A stretch of 64,000 nucleotides of DNA from Actinomycetota bacterium (lineage in GTDB: Bacteria > Actinomycetota > JAICYB01). The position numbers and the translations under genes were made by a program. Below, in pieces: positions 9,582 to 19,402 of the stretch (positions are counted from its first letter, which is position 1; the number at the start of each line of letters is the position of its first letter). The stretch covers positions 88,769-152,768 of the forward strand of contig JBBDRJ010000018.1 of the NCBI GenBank assembly GCA_040905525.1. The letters are read 5' to 3'. A model generated the notes under the pieces. It did not search any database and was not told where the DNA came from. It worked only from the letters and a program-made list of their open reading frames with translations.

Positions 9582-10982
9582 TTGCCCTGCATGCCTGCGC
9601 GGCACGACCTGCTATGTGGTGCATGGGACTTTCCATGGAAGCCGTGGGGCTCGATAGAGATCTGGGAGGAGCCGCTCACCGAGGCGCTTCGACGCGAAGG
9701 TGTGTGCACGAAGCTTGTCAGTGATCACCCGCACCTGTTCGAGAGCGGCGGCGAGAACTATCACGTGGGCTTCTCCGCGTGGGACTACCAGCGTGGGCAC
9801 GAAGGCGACCCCTGGCGCACGCGCCCCGACGCGTCGTGGCTCGGCGCGCCGTCGTTCGGTCGCGGCTGGCTGCCCTACGACACCTCCCGCGGCTGGTTCC
9901 GAAGCGAGGAGAACTTCCCCGGCCCCCGGACGATGACCGCGGCCGCGCGCTGGCTCGACGAAGAGGCGCAGGCGAGCTCGGGCCGGGACTCGATGGACGG
10001 CCTGCCCGAACATGCCGACCGTTACGAGCGCTTCCTGCTCTTCGTCGACGAGTTCGACCCGCATGAGCCTTTCGACACACCCGAGCCGTACGCCTCGATG
10101 TACGACGAGGCTTGGGAAGGACCGCACCTCATCTGGCCGCCGTACATACGCGGCGCGCAGGAGCGGGGCGTGCTCACGTCCGAACAGGCACGCCAGGTGC
10201 GCGCCCAGTACGGCGGCAAGCTCACGATGATCGACGCATGGTTCGGCCGGATGCTCGACGCAATCGACAACAACGAGTACTGGGACGACACGGCGGTAAT
10301 CGTGACGACAGACCACGGGCACTACCTGGGCGAGAAGGACGCGTGGGGGAAGCCGCCCATCCCGATCTACGAGACGATGGGACACATCCCCTTGCTCGTC
10401 CGCTGGCCGGGAGCCGAGCCGCGAACCATCAACGCCCTGACGACATCAGTGGACATCGCAGCCACCATCGTCGACGTGTTCGGAGCGTCCTTCCGTCACC
10501 CGACGCACGGTCGTTCTCTGCTCCCGTTGATCACGGGGGAGTCGACGTCGGTTCGTGACTGGATGCTCTCGGGGATCTGGGGCCGCGAGATCCACCTGCT
10601 CTGGGAAGGAAAGAAGTACGCGCGAGCACCGGTGGGCGCCAACGTGCCGCAGAGCCTGTGGTCCAACCGCTGGTCGACTATGCCCGTTTGGCGTTTCGCG
10701 GATCTGAAGCTGCCGGTCCCCGACGACCGCGCGATCCTCGACCACATGCCGGGGTCGACGATCCCCGTTATCCGCCAACCCTTCCGGGAAGGGGACATGC
10801 TCCCCTTCTGGGCGTGGGGTCCCTTCGACGGCAACGAGCTCTACGACATCTCAAACGATCCGGGCGAGGACGCCGATCTCGCCGGTACACCGCTCGAGAA
10901 GGTGGCGGCCGACCTGCTCCACGACGCTCTGAAAGAGATCGAAGCTCCGAGCGATCACTATGTTCGGCTCGGCCTAGACTGA
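9582..10982 (+). CDS. Sulfatase family protein (formylglycine-dependent type)
   Basis: 466 aa from TTG; CMPAR (C-x-P-x-R) at the very N-terminus, TTDHGHYLGEKDAWGKP; conserved N-terminal region continues in frame upstream to about 9444 with no canonical start (see findings). Confidence 0.7.
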   Translation: MPCMPARHDLLCGAWDFPWKPWGSIEIWEEPLTEALRREGVCTKLVSDHPHLFESGGENYHVGFSAWDYQRGHEGDPWRTRPDASWLGAPSFGRGWLPYDTSRGWFRSEENFPGPRTMTAAARWLDEEAQASSGRDSMDGLPEHADRYERFLLFVDEFDPHEPFDTPEPYASMYDEAWEGPHLIWPPYIRGAQERGVLTSEQARQVRAQYGGKLTMIDAWFGRMLDAIDNNEYWDDTAVIVTTDHGHYLGEKDAWGKPPIPIYETMGHIPLLVRWPGAEPRTINALTTSVDIAATIVDVFGASFRHPTHGRSLLPLITGESTSVRDWMLSGIWGREIHLLWEGKKYARAPVGANVPQSLWSNRWSTMPVWRFADLKLPVPDDRAILDHMPGSTIPVIRQPFREGDMLPFWAWGPFDGNELYDISNDPGEDADLAGTPLEKVAADLLHDALKEIEAPSDHYVRLGLD

Positions 10983-10986
10983 CTCC

Positions 10987-11661
10987 GTGACAGACAAGGA
11001 CATGCTCGACATCACGTTCTACATGGCTTGCCTGAAGCTGGTCGGACGTCGCTGCGTGGTCATCGGCGGCGGTCCGGTTGGCCTCGAGAAGGTCGACGGT
11101 CTGCTGGAGTGCGACGCCGACGTCACCCTGATCGCGCGGGAAGCGGTGGATGCCCTGAAGGAGCTCGCGAACGAGGGCTCCATCAAATGGGAGCAACGCT
11201 CGTACGAGGGCCCGGCCGACCTCGAGGGCGCCTTCATCGTGATCGCCGCCACCGAGAAGACGGATCTCAACACTCAGGTGTTCAACGATGCCGAGCATCG
11301 GGCAATGCTCTGCAACGTCGTCGATGTACCGCCGTTGTGCAACTTCATCCTTCCGGCCATCACGCGCACCGGACCCATCGCTATCGCGATCTCTACGGCC
11401 GGTGCCTCGCCCGCGCTGGCCAAGCGGATGAAGCGCGAGATCGCCGAGACCTACGGCGCGCCGTACGCGCGTCTGGCCGAGATCCTCAACGCTTATCGCG
11501 AGTGGGCGAAGTCCACGCTTCCGACCTACCAGGACCGCAAGGAGTTCTTCGAGTCGATCGTGAACGGTACGCCCGACCCCGTCGAGCTCCTGCGCGCGGA
11601 CGATGAGCAAGCCGTTCACGATCTGATCGCGTCACGGCAGAGGACGGCCGTCCCCGCCTGA
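10987..11661 (+). CDS. Precorrin-2 dehydrogenase / sirohydrochlorin ferrochelatase family (CysG N-terminal-like)
   Basis: 224 aa; Rossmann motif VVIGGGPVGLEKVDGLL, overall siroheme synthase N-domain-like. Confidence 0.65.
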   Translation: MTDKDMLDITFYMACLKLVGRRCVVIGGGPVGLEKVDGLLECDADVTLIAREAVDALKELANEGSIKWEQRSYEGPADLEGAFIVIAATEKTDLNTQVFNDAEHRAMLCNVVDVPPLCNFILPAITRTGPIAIAISTAGASPALAKRMKREIAETYGAPYARLAEILNAYREWAKSTLPTYQDRKEFFESIVNGTPDPVELLRADDEQAVHDLIASRQRTAVPA

Positions 11662-11667
11662 TCTCAT

Positions 11668-12585
11668 TTGACGGCGATCGAGATTGTCGGCCTTCGTAAA
11701 ACGTTTCGCCGCCGCTTAGGCCGTGCCAACCTCGCCGTCGACGGGCTCTATCTCCGGGTGCCGGCCGGCGGCGTCTACGGATTCCTCGGCCCCAACGGAT
11801 CGGGCAAGACCACGACCATCCGGTGTCTGCTCGGCCTGGTCCGTCCCGACGAAGGTGAGTGCCGGATGCTCGGCGCGAACACGCGCGGAGGGCTTGCCGA
11901 AGTAGTGGACCGAGTGGGTTCGATCGTCGAGACGCCGTCGTTCTTCGGCGGATTCTCGGGCCGGACGAATCTGGAACTGCTGGCCGGAGCGCGCGGGTTC
12001 TCGCGAGCTCGGATCGACGAAGCGCTCGAGCGCGTCGGGTTGGCCGATCGCGCCGGCGATCGCTTCCGCACCTACTCCCTGGGGATGAAGCAACGTCTCG
12101 GTTTGGCCGCCGTCCTTATCAAGGATCCGGAAGTGCTCGTGCTGGACGAACCGGCCAACGGGCTGGACCCAGCGGGCCTCAAGGAGGTCCGCGACCTGTT
12201 GCGATCGCTCGCCGACGACGGACGAACGGTTTTCCTGTCCAGCCATCTGCTCGGCGAGGTTCAGGCCATCTGCGATTCGGTGGCGATCCTCTCGCGCGGA
12301 CGCTGCATCGCGCAGGGACCGGTGGACGAGGTGCTGGCCGTCCGCGGAGGAAATGCGTTCGTCGTTCGAGCCGCCAAGATCAGAGAGGCGAAGCGCGCAC
12401 TCGACCAGGCCGGGTTGATGGCGACGTTCCGTGGGGACAAGAGCCTGCGCGTGATCGCGCAGTCGCAAGGCCCCGCCAGGATCACGCGAGCCCTAGCCGA
12501 GGCCGGCATCTACCTCACGGAGCTCCGGCCCGAGGAGATCAGCCTCGAAGCCGTCTTTCTAGAGCTCACGGGCGAGGAATCATGA
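11668..12585 (+). CDS. ABC transporter ATP-binding protein
   Basis: 305 aa; Walker A GPNGSGKTT, signature YSLGMKQRL, Walker B VLVLDEP; TTG start. Confidence 0.85.
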   Translation: MTAIEIVGLRKTFRRRLGRANLAVDGLYLRVPAGGVYGFLGPNGSGKTTTIRCLLGLVRPDEGECRMLGANTRGGLAEVVDRVGSIVETPSFFGGFSGRTNLELLAGARGFSRARIDEALERVGLADRAGDRFRTYSLGMKQRLGLAAVLIKDPEVLVLDEPANGLDPAGLKEVRDLLRSLADDGRTVFLSSHLLGEVQAICDSVAILSRGRCIAQGPVDEVLAVRGGNAFVVRAAKIREAKRALDQAGLMATFRGDKSLRVIAQSQGPARITRALAEAGIYLTELRPEEISLEAVFLELTGEES

Positions 12586-13547
12586 TGCGTTTGATCCTCA
12601 CCGAGATCCGCCGCGCGTCGCAGCGCCGGTTGTTCCGCGTCGCGCTTCTCGGTGCAGTGGCCGGCGTAGTGGCGGTGGCAATCTTCAACCTCGGCACATC
12701 GGACCCGAACGTCGAGTCGGCCCGCGCCGGCGCCCGGCAGCAGATCGCCGACTGCGAGCGATTCGCGGACGAGGAACGAAGTCGCATCGCCGAGAAAGGG
12801 CAAGACGCGTTAGGTGAGGCGTTCTTCGACTGCCCAGCGGTCTCCGAGATCGTCGAGTACTACGACAAGACGTTTCGTTACACCGATGCCGTCTCCGCGA
12901 TGGTCGAGGGCGGGGCCATCTTCGGTGCCGTGGTGGCCTTTTTCCTCGGCGCGTCCTTCGTCGGTGCGGAATGGGGATCGGGGAACATCGCGACTTTCCT
13001 GACGTGGGAGCCGCGGCGCGGTCGCGTCCTCTTGGCCAAGCTTGCGGCCATCGTTGTCGTGAGCGCAGCGGCCGTGGCCGTCCTGCTGTTGCTCGTAGTG
13101 CTCATCCACTTTCCGGTCGCGTTCTGGCGGGGAACGACGGAAGGTGCGAACGGTGCTTTCTGGGGATCGGTCGCCGAGTCGGCCGGTCGGGCGGCCGGAC
13201 TGGCCGGAGTGTTCGCAGCGGCTGGAGGCAGCATCGCGATGATCACGCGGGGCACAGCCGGGGCATTCGCGATCGGCGGCGCCTATGCCGGCGTGATCGA
13301 TCCGCTTCTCGCCTTCTGGCGCGACGGACTTCTACGTCCCTGGCTTCTCTTTCGCAACGTTCCGCAGTTCCTGGGCTATGCGGTCGAGCGGCCGATCACC
13401 AACGACTTCACCGTCGGGAGTGACGGGGGCGCGTCGTTCGAGTTCGTCGTCCTATCGGCCTGGCGTCCGACGTTCGTGCTGCTGTCCTACGTCGCTGTTC
13501 TCGTAGCCCTCGGCTACGCCGCGTTTCGCGTGCGCGACGTCACCTAA
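12582..13547 (+). CDS. ABC transporter permease (ABC-2 type)
   Basis: 3' part of ORF 11859..13547; ATG 12582 overlaps the ATPase stop (ATGA); hydrophobic multi-TM protein MMRLILTEIRR... Confidence 0.7.
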   Translation: MMRLILTEIRRASQRRLFRVALLGAVAGVVAVAIFNLGTSDPNVESARAGARQQIADCERFADEERSRIAEKGQDALGEAFFDCPAVSEIVEYYDKTFRYTDAVSAMVEGGAIFGAVVAFFLGASFVGAEWGSGNIATFLTWEPRRGRVLLAKLAAIVVVSAAAVAVLLLLVVLIHFPVAFWRGTTEGANGAFWGSVAESAGRAAGLAGVFAAAGGSIAMITRGTAGAFAIGGAYAGVIDPLLAFWRDGLLRPWLLFRNVPQFLGYAVERPITNDFTVGSDGGASFEFVVLSAWRPTFVLLSYVAVLVALGYAAFRVRDVT

Positions 13548-14491
13548 CGCTTCGCCAGACGCCCGACCTCTTCCATCTCGTCATCGCTCAGCCGCCAGCC
13601 CGCGGCATCGACATTGGCGCGAACCTGCTCCGGCTTGGTCGCGCCCGCGATGACGGAGGCGATTACCGGCTTGGAGGCCAGCCAGGAAATGGCCAGCTCG
13701 AGGAGCGTATGGCCGCGCGCCTCGGCGAAGGTGCGCAAACGTCCGATGATCTCGAAGTTCTCGTCGGTCAGCGTCTGCTCGGCCCGCTCGGGCATGGCCT
13801 GGGCCATGAGTGTTATGCGTGTGCCTTCGGGGCGGTCGTCCTTGGACTTGTACTTGCCGGTCAGCAATCCTGAGGCGAGTGGGAAGTACGGCAACAGGCC
13901 GAGCCCGTTGCGCTCGCAGGCGTCGTCGACGTCACCTTCCAAACCGCGCTCGAGGAGGCTGTAGTTGTTCTGTGCCGATGCGAACGGCGTGAGGCCCTTG
14001 TCGCCGGCGATCCGCGTGCATTTGTCGATGTGCTTGCCGGCATAGTTCGAGCATCCGATCTCGCGAACCTTGCCCTCGCGGACCAGCTCGTGCAGTACCC
14101 CGAGGGTCTCGTCGAAGGGTGTGTCCCGATCGGGGAAGTGGTGCTGGTATAGGTCGATTCGGTCCGTGCCCAGCCGTTTGAGGCTGTCTTCTACGGCTTG
14201 CTTGATCCAGCGCGGGCTGCCGCCCTGCGACTGTCCGTCGTCGCTCATGGGGGAGCCGAACTTCGTGGCGATCACGACCTCGTCGCGGCGGGGGCCGAGG
14301 GCCTTTCCGAGGAATACTTCGGACTTGCCGCGACCTCCGTATACGTCGGCCGTGTCGAAGAAGTTGATCCCGGCGTCGATGCATGCGTCCACGACGGCTT
14401 TGGTGCCGGCCTCGTCCATCCGCATGCCGAAGTTGTTGCAGCCCAGCCCGACCAGCGACACCTCGACGCTTCCCAATTTCCGCGTTTCCAT
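13544..14491 (-). CDS. Aldo/keto reductase
   Basis: ORF 13544..14863; start moved to internal Met METRKLGSVEVSLVGLGCNNFG; AKR motifs throughout. Confidence 0.8.
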   Translation of the reverse strand: METRKLGSVEVSLVGLGCNNFGMRMDEAGTKAVVDACIDAGINFFDTADVYGGRGKSEVFLGKALGPRRDEVVIATKFGSPMSDDGQSQGGSPRWIKQAVEDSLKRLGTDRIDLYQHHFPDRDTPFDETLGVLHELVREGKVREIGCSNYAGKHIDKCTRIAGDKGLTPFASAQNNYSLLERGLEGDVDDACERNGLGLLPYFPLASGLLTGKYKSKDDRPEGTRITLMAQAMPERAEQTLTDENFEIIGRLRTFAEARGHTLLELAISWLASKPVIASVIAGATKPEQVRANVDAAGWRLSDDEMEEVGRLAKR

Positions 14492-14620
14492 CTTGTTAGT
14501 TTGTCGACGGATGCCAGAGAGGTCCAAACCGGCGCGGGAGGAGATTCGACCTAGGCTCGGAGGGAGCAGGTCGTATTCGGTGGCTCGACAAGACACGTCA
14601 GAGAGAGAGGCTGGGACGGC

Positions 14621-15694
14621 ATGATGCACCTCGCGGCGGCGGCCCAGACGGCCGGTCAACAGCCGTTCGTCTCGCTCGACGTGCCTTTCTGGACATGGCC
14701 TGTGCTCGGCGCGGCACTCACGGTGCTTCTCGTCGCCGACCTCTTGCTCGTCCATCGAACTCCCCACGACGTGAAGTTCCGAAACGCTGCGATCGAGTCG
14801 GCCGTGTGGATCACGATCGGAGTTGGGTTCACCGGCTTGCTGGCCTGGGCGTACGGTGGTCAAGCCGCCACGGAGTACATCACCGGATTCCTGATCGAGA
14901 AGAGTCTGTCGATCGACAACGTCTTCGTCTGGTCGGTGATCTTCACCTACTTCGGAGTACCGGGGATGTATCAGTTCCGGGTCCTCTTCTGGGGAATCTT
15001 CGGGGCCCTCGTCCTACGCGGTCTGTTCATCTTCACGGGGATCGCACTCCTCGAGAGGTTCGACTTCGTGCTTTACATCTTCGGCGCGTTCTTGCTGTAC
15101 ACGGCCGTCAAGCTCGCGCGTCATTCGGGGGGAGAAGTGCACCCCGAGAGCAACGTCGCGCTCAAGCTCATCCGGCGCGTGGTTCCCATATCGACGTCCT
15201 ACGACGGTCAGAAGCTGTTCACGCGTTCGACGGGACGGCTGATCGCAACTCCGCTGTTCGCGGTCCTGATCCTCATCGAGACGACCGACGTGCTCTTCGC
15301 GTTCGACTCGATCCCGGCGATCCTCGCCGTTTCGCGCGAACCGTTCATCGTGTTCTCGGCCAATGCCTTCGCGATTCTGGGTCTTCGAGCGCTGTACTTC
15401 TGCCTCGCCGGACTCGCCGGCAAGTTCCGCTACCTGAATCAGGGGCTAGGTGTGATCCTTGCGTTCGTTGGTGTGAAGATGCTGATCGTCGAGTGGTATC
15501 ACGTGCCGACGTGGGCCAGCCTCGGCCTGATCGCCGTCGTCCTTGCGGTGACGATCACCCTCAGCTTGCGCGCCGATAAGCGCGCCCGTGGACAAGGACA
15601 AGCGGCGTCGGTTACCCCCACGCCGCCTGACGTGATGACGGACGCACCGATATCACGCGGGCCCGAGGACGAAGGTCGTCCCCCCAGCTTGTAG
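14621..15694 (+). CDS. TerC family integral membrane protein
   Basis: 357 aa; multi-TM with TerC-like segments (EKSLSIDNVFVW, DSIPAILAVS). Confidence 0.75.
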   Translation: MMHLAAAAQTAGQQPFVSLDVPFWTWPVLGAALTVLLVADLLLVHRTPHDVKFRNAAIESAVWITIGVGFTGLLAWAYGGQAATEYITGFLIEKSLSIDNVFVWSVIFTYFGVPGMYQFRVLFWGIFGALVLRGLFIFTGIALLERFDFVLYIFGAFLLYTAVKLARHSGGEVHPESNVALKLIRRVVPISTSYDGQKLFTRSTGRLIATPLFAVLILIETTDVLFAFDSIPAILAVSREPFIVFSANAFAILGLRALYFCLAGLAGKFRYLNQGLGVILAFVGVKMLIVEWYHVPTWASLGLIAVVLAVTITLSLRADKRARGQGQAASVTPTPPDVMTDAPISRGPEDEGRPPSL

Positions 15695-16390
15695 GGCGAT
15701 GCGCGGCCCGTCGTAGCTCCACTCCAAACGGTCGATACCGGGCTCGGCCGTACCGGCTTCGATCCGTATCCGTCCGCCGGCCGGCCAGATGAGCTCGATC
15801 CATCCCTCTCCACCGTCGGCCACCTCGCCCTGCAGCAGCGCTTGGTACAGGCCGAGCGAGCGATCTATGTCGTCGGTGGCTACCACGACGCGATCCAGAT
15901 GAGCTCGCACGGCTGCCGGCTCCGGCGGTTCCGGCCACCAGCGACCCGGGCCGTATTCGCCGGCGACGGCGTCGAAGTCGACGGCATCGAAGGCCGATTG
16001 CGCGATCTGCACCACAGTGCCGCCGGCTTCCTTCGGATGGATGAACGCTTCCTTCCAGAAGTCGTTTTCGATATTCACCCCGACGGGGTGGTAACCGGCT
16101 TTCGTCACGCGCTCCAGCTCGCCGCGGATGTCGTCGGTCTTGAACGTCAGGTGATGGGGACCTTCGCCGTCGCGGTCGAGGAAGCGCTCGAGGAAGTCGT
16201 TGGCCTCCACGTTGAAGGGCTCGAGGAGCTCAATGCGGAGGTTCCCGGCTTCGACCTGCATCGCGCGGAATCCGATGTTTACTCCACCGAAGATCACAGG
16301 AACGCCGAGGTCGCCGACGAGAGCGTTGAGGACCTCGGTGACGTCGTTGACGGCGATCGCCACGTGATCCAAGTCGATCCTCTTCACCAC
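15653..16390 (-). CDS. VOC family protein (glyoxalase/bleomycin resistance/dioxygenase fold)
   Basis: ORF 15653..16672; start moved to GTG next to the upstream stop (VVKRIDLDHVAIAVNDV...); two VOC-like halves. Confidence 0.6.
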   Translation of the reverse strand: MVKRIDLDHVAIAVNDVTEVLNALVGDLGVPVIFGGVNIGFRAMQVEAGNLRIELLEPFNVEANDFLERFLDRDGEGPHHLTFKTDDIRGELERVTKAGYHPVGVNIENDFWKEAFIHPKEAGGTVVQIAQSAFDAVDFDAVAGEYGPGRWWPEPPEPAAVRAHLDRVVVATDDIDRSLGLYQALLQGEVADGGEGWIELIWPAGGRIRIEAGTAEPGIDRLEWSYDGPRIALQAGGTTFVLGPA

Positions 16391-17835
16391 TTCTCTCCGA
16401 TCTCCGAGGACGGGGGTTCGTCCAGCAGGTGCTCGCGTGCGAACGCGTGCCAGTTCGCTTCGGCCTCGAGGTGGCCGAGCACGGCAGCCGTGCCGAACGT
16501 GTAGCGCTGCCAGATCATCAGCATCGCGGGGAACTGGAGCATCTCCTGGATGTCGCGGAACCGAGAGTCGGGAAGGGCTACGTCGCGGAACGTATCGCCG
16601 ACGATCTTGCGCGTGTATCGGAACGGCTCGTTGTCGACGATCGGACGAAGCATGGCGCAGAAGAACTCCCACAGCCGCTCGTTGTCGACGATGGTTCCGC
16701 CGGGGATCACTCCGAGGTCACGAAGCGATGACTCCAGGAGCTGAGGGTCGCGGTGCACCATGGCGAGTCCCGGCGCACGCACCAGGCGTCGCTCGTCTGC
16801 GTCGAGGCGCTTGACCAATCCAAAGTCGAGGAAACAGATCCGTCCGTCGTCCATGAAGATGTAGTTGCCCGGATGCGGGTCTCCCGAGAAGAGCCCGTCG
16901 ACATTCACCGACCCGTAGACGAAGCGGTTGATGATCTCTCCGTAGCGGTTCTTCTCTTCTTGAGAGTCGCCGAGCACGTCGTAGAAGCGGCGTCCGGACA
17001 CCAGCTCCGAGGTCAGAACGCGCTCGGCCGAAAGCTCCGGGACGACCTCGGCGATCTTCACGAAGGTGTGGCCGCGGTACTTGTCGGCGAAGTACTCCTG
17101 GTTGGCGGCCTCTTTGTAGTAGTCGAACTCCTCGGAGAATCGCTCCACGACCTCTTCCAGCAGTGCGCGGGCGTCGAATCCGCCGAACATCGCGGACACC
17201 GTCTGGAAGAGCATGTCGGCGTTCTGCAAATCGGCGAGGATCGCCTTGTCGACGCCCGGGTACTGAACCTTCACCGCGACATCGCGTCCGTCGTGCGTTT
17301 GCGCGCGATGAACCTGACCGATCGATGCCGCGGCCATGGCGACGGGCTCGAAGCTCGCGAAAGCTTTCTCGGGCGGGGTGCCCAGCTCGCTTTCGACGAC
17401 GTCGACGACGAGCTCGTAGGCCATGGGCGGCGCAGCCGATTGCAGCTGGGCCAACTGTTTCTGCACGCCGTCCGGAAGCCCGTCGATGGCGAAGGACGCC
17501 ATCTGGGCGAGCTTCATCACGGCGCCCTTCATGTTCCCCATGACCTCGAGGACGTCGGAGGCCGAGCGCATGGCCGCCTCTTCCCTGATCTCCTTCTTTT
17601 TTTCTCTGCTGCGACCGATGGTCCGGACGCGCGCCGCACCCATGCGGGCTCCCAGCGATGTGCCCATGCGGGCGAGCTGCGCGCGGCGCTCCTCGGGATC
17701 GGTGACGATGCCTTCGCCCTCGGAAGGACGACGCCTCCTCAGGTATCCGCGGACGGCGTCTCTAATCGACCGGGCGAACAGCTTGAGCATCTGGGGCGTC
17801 GACGACCGGCGGGGGCGGGGGCGCGGACGGGACAT
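16384..17835 (-). CDS. ABC1/UbiB family atypical protein kinase
   Basis: 483 aa; ASIGQVHRA...DVAVKVQYPGV and downstream kinase-like motifs typical of ABC1/AarF. Confidence 0.8.
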   Translation of the reverse strand: MSRPRPRPRRSSTPQMLKLFARSIRDAVRGYLRRRRPSEGEGIVTDPEERRAQLARMGTSLGARMGAARVRTIGRSREKKKEIREEAAMRSASDVLEVMGNMKGAVMKLAQMASFAIDGLPDGVQKQLAQLQSAAPPMAYELVVDVVESELGTPPEKAFASFEPVAMAAASIGQVHRAQTHDGRDVAVKVQYPGVDKAILADLQNADMLFQTVSAMFGGFDARALLEEVVERFSEEFDYYKEAANQEYFADKYRGHTFVKIAEVVPELSAERVLTSELVSGRRFYDVLGDSQEEKNRYGEIINRFVYGSVNVDGLFSGDPHPGNYIFMDDGRICFLDFGLVKRLDADERRLVRAPGLAMVHRDPQLLESSLRDLGVIPGGTIVDNERLWEFFCAMLRPIVDNEPFRYTRKIVGDTFRDVALPDSRFRDIQEMLQFPAMLMIWQRYTFGTAAVLGHLEAEANWHAFAREHLLDEPPSSEIGEKW

Positions 17836-17836
17836 C

Positions 17837-18502
17837 TCAGACGGGCTGGGCGCCGCTCTTGGAAGCGGGGGACACCCCCGCGCCCCCGGGCAGGTCGAGG
17901 GCCAGGCTTCGCCACAGATACCAGGACGCGACGGATCGCCACGGTCGCCAGGGCTCCGCCACGCGCGCCATGTTGTCCTTCGTGGGTTCGAGGTTGTAGG
18001 CGCGCTTCACGGCGTTGCGGATGCCGAGGTCGTCGACGGGCCAGACGTCGGGGCGTCCGAGCTTGAAGATCAGGAACATCTCGGCCGTCCACCGCCCGAT
18101 GCCCTTGACGGCCACGAGGTCGGCGATGATCCGCTCGTCGTCGTAGCGGCCGATCCCGTTGAGCCTGAGCTCGCCGCCGACCACGTGCTGAGCCAGGTCT
18201 TTCGCGTAGGCGACCTTGGCGTTGGACATACCGGTGGCGCGTAGTTGCTTAACGGTGGCGGAAAGGATGTCGACGGGCAGGATCTTGCGTCCGTTGGGGT
18301 GCAGTGCGACGAGGCGCTGCCAGATCGTCTCGGCGGCCTTGGCCGAAAGCTGCTGGCCGACGATGGCGCGCAGGATCGTCGTGAAGTTGTCGCCCCGGGC
18401 GCCGGGCTTCAGCGCACACGGACCGACGGCCTTCACGATCCGGCGCATGACCGGATCCGAACGCGACAGATGCTTGGTTGCGGTAACGACGTCCAACGGC
18501 AT
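17837..18502 (-). CDS. DNA-3-methyladenine glycosylase II family (AlkA-like, HhH-GPD)
   Basis: 221 aa; HhH-GPD region VKGIGRWTAEMFLIF...D. Confidence 0.7.
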   Translation of the reverse strand: MPLDVVTATKHLSRSDPVMRRIVKAVGPCALKPGARGDNFTTILRAIVGQQLSAKAAETIWQRLVALHPNGRKILPVDILSATVKQLRATGMSNAKVAYAKDLAQHVVGGELRLNGIGRYDDERIIADLVAVKGIGRWTAEMFLIFKLGRPDVWPVDDLGIRNAVKRAYNLEPTKDNMARVAEPWRPWRSVASWYLWRSLALDLPGGAGVSPASKSGAQPV

Positions 18503-18541
18503 GGGAGCCGAGGCTATCGGTCCTGGAGCCCCTCTGCCTCG

Positions 18542-19372
18542 CTAGCGGATGAGGCGAGACATCCGGCGGTCGGCCAGAATCTTGCCTCCGGTCTGGCACG
18601 TCGGGCAGTACGTGATCTCGTGTGACTCGAACGACACCCGTCGTAGATCGGATGCGCAAACCGGACAAGGCTCGCCGGCCCGGTTGTGGACGACCCAGTG
18701 ATCGCCGAGCTTCGTAGGAAGTCCGCCGGCTCGCTTGCGCTCGTGCACGAGTCCGTCCTCCAGCACGGCGGCGATGGACTCGAGCAGGCGCTCTCGTTCG
18801 GTTGGCTTCAGCGATTTGAGCGAGGCGAAGGGCGACAGCTTCGCCAGGTGGAGCGCGTCGTCGGTGTAGCCGCGTCCCAGGCCCGCTACGGTTCGCTGGT
18901 CGCGCAGGATCGTGTGGATGCGGCGGTTGTCGTCCGAGGTTCGGATGAGCTCGACGAACTCGGGCGAGTCGAGTTCCGGGCCGAGCTTCACCAGCGGGCC
19001 GTCGTCGCCGGGAGCCAAGACCCACCACCCGGCCTTGCGATCCGTCCCGTACTCCTTGATCAGGACCGCACGTCCCTCGAAGACGATGCGCGCCACCGAT
19101 CCTTTGGGCCGTGTCGACTTCGCGGGTTCCTCGATGTCGACCCGGCCCCCTTGGGACAGGTGGAAGAGCAGCCGCGGTCCATCGAAGTCGAGAAAGACGT
19201 ACTTCCCCCGGCGTCCCACGCCGGTGACCGCCTTGCCGAAGAGCTCCTGGGGGCCGGGGGACACGGTCTTGAGCGCGGAGAACTGCAACGGCTCGATCCG
19301 GCGCAGGGTCTTTCCCTTTATGTGCTCGCCGAGTCGCTCGGCGAGTGCTTGCATCTCCGGACGTTCCGGCAT
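18542..19372 (-). CDS. Fpg/Nei family DNA glycosylase (formamidopyrimidine/endonuclease VIII-like)
   Basis: 276 aa; N-terminal MPERPE (catalytic Pro2/Glu3), C-terminal zinc finger CPVC...CPTC. Confidence 0.8.
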   Translation of the reverse strand: MPERPEMQALAERLGEHIKGKTLRRIEPLQFSALKTVSPGPQELFGKAVTGVGRRGKYVFLDFDGPRLLFHLSQGGRVDIEEPAKSTRPKGSVARIVFEGRAVLIKEYGTDRKAGWWVLAPGDDGPLVKLGPELDSPEFVELIRTSDDNRRIHTILRDQRTVAGLGRGYTDDALHLAKLSPFASLKSLKPTERERLLESIAAVLEDGLVHERKRAGGLPTKLGDHWVVHNRAGEPCPVCASDLRRVSFESHEITYCPTCQTGGKILADRRMSRLIR

Positions 19373-19402
19373 ATGTCGAGCGTAGCGACTAAACGTGAGG
19401 TA

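Noticed and set aside
9402-9605. 67-aa minus-strand ORF
   Set aside because: Antisense to the conserved sulfatase N-terminal coding region; no support.
11859-13547. 562-aa ORF spanning the ABC ATPase and permease genes
   Set aside because: The first ~240 residues are Arg/Ala/Pro-rich low-complexity sequence read in an alternative frame of the well-supported ABC ATPase gene; only the 3' part from ATG 12582 (the permease) is credible.
16753-18066. 437-aa plus-strand ORF
   Set aside because: Antisense to the ABC1 kinase and AlkA genes; Arg/Gly-rich frame shadow.
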